Shown here one piece after another: positions 28,500-38,275 of a stretch of DNA of 54,442 nt (its first letter is position 1; the number at the start of each line of letters is the position of its first letter). Under the pieces are notes generated by a model, which saw only the letters and a program-made list of their open reading frames with translations, did not search any database and was not told the DNA's origin. A program made the translations under genes and the position numbers. The DNA is taken from IMG/VR virus record IMGVR_UViG_3300013005_000022, positions 1-54,442 of that record; one strand, 5' to 3'. The stretch comes from a virus (taxonomy: Duplodnaviria; Heunggongvirae; Uroviricota; Caudoviricetes).

Positions 28500-29693
28500 A
28501 TGAGTAAAGAATTTTCAATTGGTGAGCTACAGAAAGAGCTTAGAAAAATAAATCCTTTTGGTGATGTTATCAGCAAATCGGATTTTTCAAAAATTACAGA
28601 ATGGATTGATACTGGAAACTATCACTTAAATGCAGTTTTTAGTGGAGACCTTTTTGGTGGTATTCCTAATAACCGAACAATATGTTTAGCTGGTGATTCA
28701 GGTACTGGTAAAACGTTTTTGCTTCTTAATATGGTTGCAAAAGCTCAGGAAATGGGTTATTACGTGGTGTATTATGATACTGAAGGTGCAGTCGATGTAG
28801 ATAACATTCAAGCATTCGGTGTTGATCCTGAAAAATTCGATCATCAACCAGTTTCAGATATCGCTAAATTCCGTACTTCAATTACCACATTATGTAAGAA
28901 GCTAATGGAAGCTAAAGAGAAAGGGTTTAAAACTCCTAAAATCTTTATTGCACTCGATTCATTAGGTATGCTTGCAACTCAAAAAGAAATTGATGATGCA
29001 ATCAGTGGAAATACCGCTGCCGATATGACTCGTGCAAAATCAATTCGTTCTTTATTCCGTATTATTACTTCTGACTTAACTGGTCTTGGAATTCCTTTCG
29101 TATTTACAAACCACACATATGCTTCTACTGGAATGTTCCCTACCGTGAACTTATCTGGAGGTGGTGGTTTAATCTACTCAGCTTCTGTTATCTTGGCTTT
29201 ATCTAAAGCACAAATTAAAGAAGGAACCGTACAAACTGGAATTATCGTTACTGTAAAAACTCTTAAAAATCGTTTCGGTAAACCTATTCCTATTAAGTTC
29301 CATATCCGTTGGGATAAAGGAATGAATCCTTACATCGGAATGGAAGAATATATGAATTGGGAAAATTGTGGTATTCAAAAAGGTAACTTAATTACCGACA
29401 AAGAATACGAGAAAATGAACGATAAAGATAAATCAACAGTACATACATTTGATTATCAAGGTGAAACTAAATACTTCGTTCCTCGAGAAACTGCTCGTAA
29501 TTATATCGTTAAGCATTTAGGAAAAGGTATTCCGGCTAACGAATTATTTACTCCCGAAGTTTGGACTCAAGAAGTACTTCAGTTAATTAATGAAAAATGT
29601 ATTAAGCCTAAATTCAGTTATGGAATTGATTCTGCTGAAGGTGAAGTTGAACAAATTTTCTTAAACGCTGAAGATAGTAACGATGCTGAATAA
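28500..29693 (+). CDS. uvsX: RecA-like recombinase UvsX
   Basis: WIDTGNY.LNA, AGDSGTGKT, YYDTE, LDSLGML, TNHTY, SGGGG motifs. Confidence 0.93.
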   Translation: MSKEFSIGELQKELRKINPFGDVISKSDFSKITEWIDTGNYHLNAVFSGDLFGGIPNNRTICLAGDSGTGKTFLLLNMVAKAQEMGYYVVYYDTEGAVDVDNIQAFGVDPEKFDHQPVSDIAKFRTSITTLCKKLMEAKEKGFKTPKIFIALDSLGMLATQKEIDDAISGNTAADMTRAKSIRSLFRIITSDLTGLGIPFVFTNHTYASTGMFPTVNLSGGGGLIYSASVILALSKAQIKEGTVQTGIIVTVKTLKNRFGKPIPIKFHIRWDKGMNPYIGMEEYMNWENCGIQKGNLITDKEYEKMNDKDKSTVHTFDYQGETKYFVPRETARNYIVKHLGKGIPANELFTPEVWTQEVLQLINEKCIKPKFSYGIDSAEGEVEQIFLNAEDSNDAE

Positions 29694-29994
29694 GGAACAA
29701 ATAAAAATCAAACATATTCTTGGTTCATTTCGAGATGAGTTAGATTTTCCTACGTATGAAGACTTCCTCTATCTAGTACAAAATTGGTACTGGGTAGAAG
29801 GCGGTCATAACTTCATTCATACCTATCGAGGTCTTGAAGAAACCGGAAATGTAATCTTTCCGGATTCGGTGTTAAAGGAGAAATTGAATGGAAATGCCGA
29901 GCAATATGCGGATCTAATAGAAACTCTTCTAAAAGATAACAAAATCAAAATAAACAAAGATACAAAATTCACAACTTACTATGAAGTTCTATAA
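29683..29994 (+). CDS. Hypothetical protein between uvsX and helicase (position of T4 gp40)
   Basis: 103-aa ORF overlapping the uvsX end. Only position suggests gp40. Confidence 0.55.
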   Translation: MLNKEQIKIKHILGSFRDELDFPTYEDFLYLVQNWYWVEGGHNFIHTYRGLEETGNVIFPDSVLKEKLNGNAEQYADLIETLLKDNKIKINKDTKFTTYYEVL

Positions 29995-30015
29995 CAACAT
30001 ATAAAAATAAAATCT

Positions 30016-31314
30016 ATGATTGGATCATCCGAATTTGAAAAGGCGTTTTACCTATATACCCGTAAAAACCCAGAATATTTAGCAAATATCGACGAAGGAT
30101 TTTATGATAGCGAAGAAATTGCAACTTTGCATAAAATCACAAAAGGTTTTAATCAAAGATTCTCACAAATTCCCACTAAAGATCAGGTTAAATTAATTGC
30201 CAGACAAGATCAATTTAAAGACCGTGTTACGGAATCTATTATCGATCTAGTATTCGATGAACCAGTTGATACATATGATCCTGATTGGTTAAGAGAAACA
30301 AGTGAAGCTTGGATTTTATGGAAATCTCTCGATAAATCTTTGATTGATACAATCGAATATGTAAAGACAGTAAAGGTAAACCCAGATAACGTAAAGGACG
30401 TAATTCAAAAAGTAAAATCTCTTATTAACGAACGAAACTCTATTTCGTTTGATAAGGACTTAGGTAAAGACTTCTTCACTGCAGAAAATCACATTCCAAC
30501 TGCCAATTCAAAAATTACAACATGTCATAATTTCGTTGATAATTTCAGTGGCGGTTATCGAACAAAATCTTTAATTGTATATGCCGGTGAACAAAATGTC
30601 GGTAAATCAATTTGGTTAGCTAATGATGCAGTAAATTATGTTCGTGCCGGTTTCGATGTTGCGGTGATTACTGCCGAAATGGCAGATATCGACTTTATCC
30701 ATCGTATTGGTTCAAATCTTCTAAATGTTAAAGTAAGTGAATATGAACGTAAATCAAAAGAATCCGGTTTCATTCAAAGTCGTTTATCATCTTTATCAAA
30801 TGGGGTAATTCCTACAGGAAATCTATTCGTTAAAGAATATCCAACTTCTCAAGTAACTGTTCCTGAAATTGAAACATATCTAAGAGAACTAGAATTAACA
30901 AAAGGTGTAAAACTCAAAGTAATCATAATTGACTATATTAATATCCTAGCAAATTATCGAAATCCAAACACGGAAAATACCTATATGAAGATTAAGCAAA
31001 TTGCCGAAGATCTTCGTGCTATGGCTGTTCGAAATGATTGGGTTGTAATAACTGCTACTCAAATTAATCGAAGTGGTTATGATTCAACTGAATTAAGCCT
31101 AGGAAATATCGCTGAATCTGCCGGTCTATCACATACTGCCGATATGATTTATGGTATTATCCAAGATACTTCAATGCATATGAATAACGAATATTGGTTG
31201 AAGATCTTAAAAATAAGAAACGGTTCCGGTAAAAACAGCCGAACCATGTATCGCATAAATTATGAATATATGAGATTAACAGAAAGCGATACAACAATAA
31301 CAGCAAGTATATAA
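30016..31314 (+). CDS. gp41: Replicative DnaB-like helicase (T4 gp41-like)
   Basis: AGEQNVGKS, ITAEM, IIIDYINI, TATQINRSG, ESAGL..TAD, KIRNG. Confidence 0.92.
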   Translation: MIGSSEFEKAFYLYTRKNPEYLANIDEGFYDSEEIATLHKITKGFNQRFSQIPTKDQVKLIARQDQFKDRVTESIIDLVFDEPVDTYDPDWLRETSEAWILWKSLDKSLIDTIEYVKTVKVNPDNVKDVIQKVKSLINERNSISFDKDLGKDFFTAENHIPTANSKITTCHNFVDNFSGGYRTKSLIVYAGEQNVGKSIWLANDAVNYVRAGFDVAVITAEMADIDFIHRIGSNLLNVKVSEYERKSKESGFIQSRLSSLSNGVIPTGNLFVKEYPTSQVTVPEIETYLRELELTKGVKLKVIIIDYINILANYRNPNTENTYMKIKQIAEDLRAMAVRNDWVVITATQINRSGYDSTELSLGNIAESAGLSHTADMIYGIIQDTSMHMNNEYWLKILKIRNGSGKNSRTMYRINYEYMRLTESDTTITASI

Positions 31315-31315
31315 A

Positions 31316-31774
31316 ATGAATACTCCAGAAAATGATCTTCCTGAAGAAGAACTAATAAAAAGAGACAAGATATTCGATAACGAATATGACCAAATTGAAC
31401 TAGAAAGTTCAAATAAAAGTTTTTCAATCGATGAATCTTACAAAGAACCATCTATCGAAGATTCTATCGATGTCGATCTTGTAAAAGAAAGAATATATGA
31501 AGAAATTGCTAAAGTTGAAAAATATCAAGCATATCTTCAACCACTCAATGGAGAATTTAAGAAAATTGGTAAAGCTGAAATTAATGAAATTTACAGTCAT
31601 TTGATTAAAGCAATCGGACCAGGACCTAGAATTGAAATTTATTCATGTATGTCTGAAATCTATGAAATATCACCTGACAAATTTTACGAATCTCTATCAA
31701 ATAAATTTAAAACGGAATTAGTTCACGATCTTAAATCAAGAGGATATTTACAAAACATTAAAGCACTATTCTAA
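31316..31774 (+). CDS. Acidic hypothetical protein
   Basis: 152-aa ORF coupled to neighbours. Confidence 0.65.
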   Translation: MNTPENDLPEEELIKRDKIFDNEYDQIELESSNKSFSIDESYKEPSIEDSIDVDLVKERIYEEIAKVEKYQAYLQPLNGEFKKIGKAEINEIYSHLIKAIGPGPRIEIYSCMSEIYEISPDKFYESLSNKFKTELVHDLKSRGYLQNIKALF

Positions 31775-32850
31775 TGAAGATAAACGCCAATAAAGCCATC
31801 ATTATATCAGATACACACTTAGGAGCAAGATCTAATTCGGCTGAATGGTTAACCACTATGACTGATTGGTTTCGTGAAGATTTTATACCAAGGGCAAAAG
31901 AGCTATATGAACCAGGAACTGTTCTAATACATACCGGTGACGTATTTGATAATCGTCAATCTATTAATCTAATGGTTCTTCATGAAGGAATGTCTTTATT
32001 CGAAGAACTTAGTCAGATATTTGATGCAATATACATTATAGCCGGTAATCATGATGTTATGAAGAAAACGTCTAATGACATATCTTCATTAGATTGTTTA
32101 AAGTACATTCCTAAAGTTCACATCATCAAAGAACCTACATTAGCTGATATTAATGGAACCAAAGCATTATTTATGCCTTGGAGAACAGATGTTAATGAAG
32201 AAAAATCTTGTATTGCCAATTTTGGTAAAGAAGATCCTAAAGTACTTTTCTGTCATACCAACATCTACTCTCTTAAATTCGACAATTCGAGAGATGTGGA
32301 AGAAGGTTTACAAGCGGATGATCTAAAAACCTACGAAAAAGTTTATTCTGGACACATACATTGGGGACAGAAAAGAGGTAATGTTACTATGGTCGGAAAT
32401 CCCTACCAAATGACCCGTTCCGATGCGGGAAATCCAAAAGGGTTTTACGAATTTAACTTTAAGACATTCGAAGAAACATTCCACGAAAACACTTATTCAC
32501 CTCGGTTCGTTAGAGTTCATCTTAATCGTTATTTAGAAAATACATTAGGTGATATACTAGATGAATGTAAGAATAACCGAGTTGATCTCTATGTACCGTC
32601 GCATTATATTCTTAAATACCAAGTTAACCCAATCATAGACGCCATCGCAGAAGTGTCTAGGAAGCTAGAGGTATTCCCTTTTGAAGAAGATCAGAATATA
32701 GAGATTGAAGGTTCTGAACTAGAAACTCTTTCTATATTTGAAATGTGTCAAAAATATATTACTCAAATGCGTAGTGTAGATGATTCAGTAAAGAAACGAA
32801 TCGAATCAAAAATATCTAAGCTATACAACCAAACCATCAAAGAAATTTAA
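31774..32850 (+). CDS. gp47: Recombination endonuclease, Mre11/SbcD-like (T4 gp47)
   Basis: SDTHLG, GDVFD, GNHD, SGHIH phosphoesterase motifs. Confidence 0.92.
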   Translation: MKINANKAIIISDTHLGARSNSAEWLTTMTDWFREDFIPRAKELYEPGTVLIHTGDVFDNRQSINLMVLHEGMSLFEELSQIFDAIYIIAGNHDVMKKTSNDISSLDCLKYIPKVHIIKEPTLADINGTKALFMPWRTDVNEEKSCIANFGKEDPKVLFCHTNIYSLKFDNSRDVEEGLQADDLKTYEKVYSGHIHWGQKRGNVTMVGNPYQMTRSDAGNPKGFYEFNFKTFEETFHENTYSPRFVRVHLNRYLENTLGDILDECKNNRVDLYVPSHYILKYQVNPIIDAIAEVSRKLEVFPFEEDQNIEIEGSELETLSIFEMCQKYITQMRSVDDSVKKRIESKISKLYNQTIKEI

Positions 32851-32851
32851 T

Positions 32852-34522
32852 ATGAGAATTCAAACAGTAGAGTGGAAGAATTTCAATAGTTATGGAAATC
32901 AAATCCAAAAAATAGAATTTGAAAAAGATTCAGGTGATCTGTATCTTCTTTTAGGATCTAATGGACATGGAAAATCCACAATATCTGAAGTAATAACATT
33001 TGCCCTTTATGGAAGAATTGAAAGAAAGAACAAATCCGATCTTCCTAATAGAATCAATAAGAATCTTTGGTGTCGAATAGTTATTCGTTCAAAAAACAAA
33101 ATTGTTGAAATTACCAGAGGAGTATCACCAAATCTATTTGAAGTAAAAATTGATACGGTTACTTATGATACTGCCGGTAATGCAAATGTTCAAGATTATC
33201 TAGAAACCGAAATCTTCGATATTCCATATCAGGTATTTAAGAATATTATTGTTCTATCCATTAATGACTTTAGGTCTTTCTTAACCATGTCAACCGGTGA
33301 TAAACGTAATATTGTCGATCGTCTATTTGGATTCACTATAATCAATCAAATGCGCGATCAGATTAGATCCGAAAGAAAAGATCTTCGAGACCGAATCAAA
33401 ACTCTCGGTGATGAGCTAAATATTATTCAAGAATCAATCGAATCAGTTAATCAAAAAATATCTACCCTCGAATCATCTAAAAAAGAAGATCGCCTTCGAT
33501 TAATTGAAGAGTACAAAGGAAAGATCAAAGATATGATCGAACAAAAACGTAAGATCTCTGATTCATTATCATTAGTAAAAACTAAAGAAACTGAATTCAA
33601 CGAAGCTATTCGATCAAAAGGAACTGAAAAAGAACAAGTATCTTTTGAACTTCGTAATGCCGTTAATTCTTTGAAGCTATACAATAATGCAAAATGCCCT
33701 ACATGTAATGCCGACCTAAACACAGAAGATCATCAACATCTTAAATCTCATTTAGAAGAAATAGTAAGAACCAAGCAAGAAGAGTATACTGATATTCAAG
33801 AAGAATATACCGATCTATCGAGCAAAATGAGTTCTTTGTCCAGTAAGATCAAAGATATGGATTCATCTTGTATCAAAATCAATCTACTTATCGGTCAATA
33901 CAAAAATGAAGCCGAAAGAATTGCTAAAGAAACCAAAGAAGAGGATATGGATTATCTTAATGAAATCCTATCAGAAAACGAAGGTAAATTACTAGAAAGA
34001 AAATCGTCTTTATCTAGCAATTCTACCGAAGATACTTTCTTAGATATCGTTGAAGGTGTTCTTGGTGATGATGGTGTTAAGAATCTAGCGATGAAAACTA
34101 TTCTACCTACAATTAATCAATCTATTCAGAATATGTCAAAGCAAATGCACTTGCCATATATGATTAAATTCGATGAAAAATTCGATTGTTCTATACAATC
34201 TTTAGGTGAAGAAATTAATGCTCGTAGTATGTCGACTGGTGAACGTAAAAAAGCAGATTTTGTAATTATCATATCTCTTCTTCGTCTACTTAAGATTCGT
34301 TATCCGTCATTAAACCTATTATTCTTAGATGAAATCTTCTCATCGGTAGATTCTGGTGGTATATATGAAATTCTTAAAATCCTAAAAGATGTATCGGTTG
34401 AAAATTCACTTAATACATGGGTAGTTAACCATACCGAACTTCCTATTGAGTTATTCGATAAAAGAGTTGAAGCGGTTAAAGAATCCGGTTTCTCTAAATT
34501 GCATATAGAGAATATCTCGTAA
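32852..34522 (+). CDS. gp46: Recombination ATPase, Rad50/SbcC-like (T4 gp46)
   Basis: GSNGHGKS, coiled coil with CPTC hook, MSTGE signature, FLDE, H-loop VNH. Confidence 0.93.
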   Translation: MRIQTVEWKNFNSYGNQIQKIEFEKDSGDLYLLLGSNGHGKSTISEVITFALYGRIERKNKSDLPNRINKNLWCRIVIRSKNKIVEITRGVSPNLFEVKIDTVTYDTAGNANVQDYLETEIFDIPYQVFKNIIVLSINDFRSFLTMSTGDKRNIVDRLFGFTIINQMRDQIRSERKDLRDRIKTLGDELNIIQESIESVNQKISTLESSKKEDRLRLIEEYKGKIKDMIEQKRKISDSLSLVKTKETEFNEAIRSKGTEKEQVSFELRNAVNSLKLYNNAKCPTCNADLNTEDHQHLKSHLEEIVRTKQEEYTDIQEEYTDLSSKMSSLSSKIKDMDSSCIKINLLIGQYKNEAERIAKETKEEDMDYLNEILSENEGKLLERKSSLSSNSTEDTFLDIVEGVLGDDGVKNLAMKTILPTINQSIQNMSKQMHLPYMIKFDEKFDCSIQSLGEEINARSMSTGERKKADFVIIISLLRLLKIRYPSLNLLFLDEIFSSVDSGGIYEILKILKDVSVENSLNTWVVNHTELPIELFDKRVEAVKESGFSKLHIENIS

Positions 34523-34530
34523 TTTCACGA

Positions 34531-34541
34531 GAATATATAAA
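34531..34541 (+). promoter_or_regulatory. Late-promoter-like motif
   Basis: GAATATATAAA before gp15. Confidence 0.5.
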
Positions 34542-34555
34542 ATAAAAGATCTTAA

Positions 34556-35497
34556 TTGTCTTACTACGACCTCCATTTTAACAAAGACGACGTTTATTTC
34601 AGAAACGTCATGGTTGGGCTACTAGCAACCCTTTATGATTCTATCCAATGGTATAATCAGACCGGAAGGGGTGTTAACGATAAAAGAGAAATTAGAGTTC
34701 CTTTTTATTTTAGTACAACGGGTACTGAACGTTATCTACAAGATAATTTCTTAAATAATATAGATTTCGATCCTCAATTACTTGAGGCAGAAGCCTTCTA
34801 TAACAAGATTCCTAGAGGAATTTGTGACTTTTCAGGGATATCAATTGAAACCTCGGCCATTGTCAATAAGTATGTTCGTATGAATAGACTTAAACAAGAA
34901 ACCGATGGAACTTTGAACACTTATAGCTACGAAACCTATATGGTTCCGATGATTATGAACGTTGATTGTACGGTATACCTAGATTCTATCCTAGATCAAT
35001 TCAAATGTTCAGAAGCTATTATCAAAACATTCTACAAGAATAAGGTTTATCAAGTAGATATTGGTTATACTAGAATCCCTTGCTTAATCATGTTTCCTGA
35101 TGAAATAACAAATGAAAGAACTGTAGAATTCTCTTTTACCGACAAGAAAGAATTTAAAGTAACATTCTCTCTACAAATAAAGAGTCATTTACCAATCTTC
35201 CGCCCAGAAACAGAAATCTTTGCTGGTTCTACTATGCAGAAATTCGCACAATCTACTATAGTTCCTCCATTTACTTTAGGTCCTACTGGTATAGTTGGAA
35301 ATACCGGAGTTGAGGCTGGATTTGGATCGACCAGTGCTAATGGTTCACCTACCGTAACCGGAGGTGGAACTGGCCAATTAACAACCGATCATAATGCAAA
35401 TGCAACTAGACTTATTGTTACTGAAAATGCAATTCCTTCGGAAGATCCTGTACCTTGGCCAAAACCAACTGATTCCCAAGGATCATTTAATACATAA
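34556..35497 (+). CDS. gp15: Tail sheath stabiliser / tail terminator (T4 gp15-like)
   Basis: TTG start. FRNVMVG...F/Y...IRVP......ERY...KIPR...VP..M.V.......Q..E.I...FY layout of gp15. Confidence 0.7.
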   Translation: MSYYDLHFNKDDVYFRNVMVGLLATLYDSIQWYNQTGRGVNDKREIRVPFYFSTTGTERYLQDNFLNNIDFDPQLLEAEAFYNKIPRGICDFSGISIETSAIVNKYVRMNRLKQETDGTLNTYSYETYMVPMIMNVDCTVYLDSILDQFKCSEAIIKTFYKNKVYQVDIGYTRIPCLIMFPDEITNERTVEFSFTDKKEFKVTFSLQIKSHLPIFRPETEIFAGSTMQKFAQSTIVPPFTLGPTGIVGNTGVEAGFGSTSANGSPTVTGGGTGQLTTDHNANATRLIVTENAIPSEDPVPWPKPTDSQGSFNT

Positions 35498-35504
35498 AAA
35501 CAAA

Positions 35505-35518
35505 GATATATAATAAAA
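35505..35518 (+). promoter_or_regulatory. Late-promoter-like motif
   Basis: GATATATAATAAAA in the intergenic gap. Confidence 0.5.
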
Positions 35519-35530
35519 TCAAGAAGTGAC

Positions 35531-36283
35531 ATGAGTATCAAATCTTACGATGAATTTGTAAACGAACATTTAATAGGAGCTTACTCTTATTATGGTCAAG
35601 GGTCCTTATACCCTATTGTAAAAAAATTAGCGGAAGAGGGTAAAACACCTCAACAAGTTTATACCTATCTTACAACTTTAGGTATTGACGAAGAACGTAA
35701 ACAACGTGTTCTTGGTCAAGTATTTGAAAGAATAAACGAAGGTTTATTTGAAGATGATGATATACTTACGGCTAGTACAAAAGATCTTACCAAAGGCGTT
35801 CCGCCATCAAAAGCTAAACCAGACGAAGACGTTAAAGCGGCTTTAGATAAGTTGAAGACTGGCGATGACGAAGACATGGAAGATAAAGAAGACGATGATG
35901 AAACTAAAACTGATGATGATTCAGATTCAGCTAAAGTTGCAGCATTACAATCTGCTCTTAAAGATGCAGAAAAACTAGAAAAAATCAAGAAAATCCTTGC
36001 AGAATCTATGGAAATGGAAATCGAAGGAATTGAAGACGAAGTACTAGTTGATGTATTAGATTATCATTTAGATGAAAAACTTGATCCTAAAGTTAGAGCT
36101 GCTTTAAAAGATACTGACTTCGTATTTCAAGATAAAAGATCATGGCCTATTCATGATGAAAAACACGCTAAAACTGCATTAGTTTGGGCAACTTGGCCAC
36201 AATATAAAGACCTTAAAAAAGATATTGTTAAAGCCGTTCTTAAAAAATATCCTAACCTTAAAGGTGTAGGTGCTGCAAAGTAA
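35531..36283 (+). CDS. Putative internal head protein with acidic linker and C-terminal DUF6582-like domain
   Basis: MSIKSYDEFVNE leader. D/E-rich middle. R.AL.D.DF.F...R.WPIHD..HA..AL end domain. Confidence 0.65.
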   Translation: MSIKSYDEFVNEHLIGAYSYYGQGSLYPIVKKLAEEGKTPQQVYTYLTTLGIDEERKQRVLGQVFERINEGLFEDDDILTASTKDLTKGVPPSKAKPDEDVKAALDKLKTGDDEDMEDKEDDDETKTDDDSDSAKVAALQSALKDAEKLEKIKKILAESMEMEIEGIEDEVLVDVLDYHLDEKLDPKVRAALKDTDFVFQDKRSWPIHDEKHAKTALVWATWPQYKDLKKDIVKAVLKKYPNLKGVGAAK

Positions 36284-36311
36284 AATCATTTAAACAAAAA
36301 AACATATAAAC

Positions 36312-37718
36312 ATGTCAAAATTACAAACCGCTTTCGAATCTGCTTCTTTGAAAGAGAGAGTTTCAACTCTACTTGAGAGCATTGATAGAAATAACACATC
36401 AAAATTTATTGCAGAGCGTATTCTTTCTAGATTTGCTACTGTAGAAGTTTCTGAAGGATCTTCAACTGCATCTGATGCTTATACTTATTTAATGGGTAAA
36501 GGTGTTGATCAGGCTAAAGCTAAAGGAGTTGCTAGTGCCTCTATCAATGAATCAACTTCAAGAGTTGCTAATCCTTACTTAATCGAAAAAGTAAACATTA
36601 TGAGAACTGCAATCAAAGAATTGTCAGCTTACTCATGGATGCCAGTTATTAACGATTACATCAAAGAATGTAATAACATACTAACTGAAAATGAATTTGC
36701 TATCTTAGTTGAATCCGTTATTTTCGATCTAGAAAACCACAGAGAATCTAAATTCTACTCAAAAGCAATCTCTAAACTTCGTGAATGTTCAAATGCTGAA
36801 AATCCAGTATTTGCAGTATCTGAAGATCTTGATTCAGAAAAATGGATTCCTCTAGTTAAACAATTAGTAGAATATGCTGAAAAATCTAAAGGATCTATCG
36901 GTGGAAGTGATAATAACTACAAAGTAAGCAAAGTTTACTCTCCGGTTATTGTTAACGAAGAAGAAAACACTTACACATTCTATTCAAATGGAAAAATGTT
37001 AACTCTTAATGGTGAAGAAATCACTGAATCGGAAGTTACACCAGATGAAAAATTCAAAAGCCTACTTAACTTAATGGAATCATCTACTATCGTTAAAAAC
37101 GGTATGAGATTCTACCCTAAAGCTGGATCTATATTAGACGTTACTTTCGAAGCAGAAGGAACTAAAATCACAGTTGATGGTAAATTAGTTGAGGCTGCTA
37201 ACTTAGAAACTCACTTACTTAAAACCGGTCTTTTCAAATTCAACGAAATCGAAAAAGTTAATGTTATTAACCGTGCAATCGCTGAAGGTGCAAATATCAA
37301 AGAAATGGATTTCGCTTACAGAGTTGAATCTAAAAAATTCAAAGGTGTTTCTACTACGGTATTCACTATTGCTGAAAATATCTTCATTCAAAAGGTTAAT
37401 CCTGCAATGAAAGTTAATGAATTCGTTAAAGCTGAAAGCGCTGAAGCTGCAGTTTCTATCGTTAAAGAATTTATGAACTATGATATCACTAATTCTTTAA
37501 CTAAATTGATCGAGGCTGAAGAAGTTGAGAAAGCTAAAATAGCTGAAGAAAATTCTAAAATTGAAAGAAAAATTCAATTCTTACAAGAGAAATTAGAAGA
37601 ACTAAATAGAATTGATAAATTATCAATTTACGATGTTGAGCATATAAATAAAGCGAAAGCTATCGTAGAGAGCGAAATTGCTACTCAAACCGAAGAGCTT
37701 ACAAAAAAAAACTCTTAA
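36312..37718 (+). CDS. Hypothetical (probably head-associated) protein ending in a slippery A9 run
   Basis: 468 aa, C-terminal coiled coil. Ends ACA AAA AAA AAC TCT TAA. Confidence 0.7.
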   Translation: MSKLQTAFESASLKERVSTLLESIDRNNTSKFIAERILSRFATVEVSEGSSTASDAYTYLMGKGVDQAKAKGVASASINESTSRVANPYLIEKVNIMRTAIKELSAYSWMPVINDYIKECNNILTENEFAILVESVIFDLENHRESKFYSKAISKLRECSNAENPVFAVSEDLDSEKWIPLVKQLVEYAEKSKGSIGGSDNNYKVSKVYSPVIVNEEENTYTFYSNGKMLTLNGEEITESEVTPDEKFKSLLNLMESSTIVKNGMRFYPKAGSILDVTFEAEGTKITVDGKLVEAANLETHLLKTGLFKFNEIEKVNVINRAIAEGANIKEMDFAYRVESKKFKGVSTTVFTIAENIFIQKVNPAMKVNEFVKAESAEAAVSIVKEFMNYDITNSLTKLIEAEEVEKAKIAEENSKIERKIQFLQEKLEELNRIDKLSIYDVEHINKAKAIVESEIATQTEELTKKNS

Positions 37719-37906
37719 CCGAAACGAGTGACAATTATGTTGTTGCTACTCTAGCTGAACCATTTAATGGATTGGTTAAAGGTGATTCAGTAAAGATGGA
37801 TGCTTTAGAATTTACCAAAAAGGGTGATGATGATATGATCGATATTATCTTGCCTGATGGAAGTAAATCTCAAGCGAAAAAAAGAATACTGTTCGCTAAA
37901 ATTTAA
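37712..37906 (+). other. Start-less 64-codon -1 frame, candidate frameshift extension of the 36312 gene
   Basis: Open frame LLTETSDNYVVATLAEPF...ILFAKI* begins right after A AAA AAC and stops 3 nt before the next ATG. No start codon in that frame between the stop at 37649 and the slip site. Confidence 0.7.
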
Positions 37907-37909
37907 GAC

Positions 37910-38266
37910 ATGGCAATATACGTAAAACCAAAAGAACTATACGAAGAAATTTGTATTTCACTAGAGCAAAAGAAATTGACGCCAAAGGCTGAAAAGATGC
38001 TCATATTAATAGCTGAAAGAGCTAATCAAAAGCTAAGATATGAAAATCCAATGGACCGAGAGGATTGCATTGCTTTTGCTCTTTTGGATTTGTTCAAATA
38101 CTGGGATCGATTCAAACCAGAGAAAACCACAAATGCATTTGCATTTTATACACAAATTGCAAAAAATGCATATGCTAAAGGATGGAATAAACTACATCCT
38201 GGTAAATACAAAGGAACATTATCGCTTGATGGCGGTATGGATCGTGAAGGTATTTACTCAATATAA
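37910..38266 (+). CDS. gp55: Late-transcription sigma factor (T4 gp55-like), unusually short
   Basis: RY....DREDCI..A..D..KYW.RF.PEK..NAFAFYTQIAKNAY matches gp55 region 2. Confidence 0.8.
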   Translation: MAIYVKPKELYEEICISLEQKKLTPKAEKMLILIAERANQKLRYENPMDREDCIAFALLDLFKYWDRFKPEKTTNAFAFYTQIAKNAYAKGWNKLHPGKYKGTLSLDGGMDREGIYSI

Positions 38267-38275
38267 ACTAACAGG

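Noticed and set aside
29683-29994. Calling this gene T4 gp40
   Set aside because: Only position supports it. I recognise no sequence similarity.
37643-37650. Exact TATAAATA inside the 36312 gene as the source of the 64-codon frame
   Set aside because: It may be an internal promoter for downstream genes, but it supplies no start codon for the -1 frame, so it does not explain the extension. It could also be chance in AT-rich DNA.
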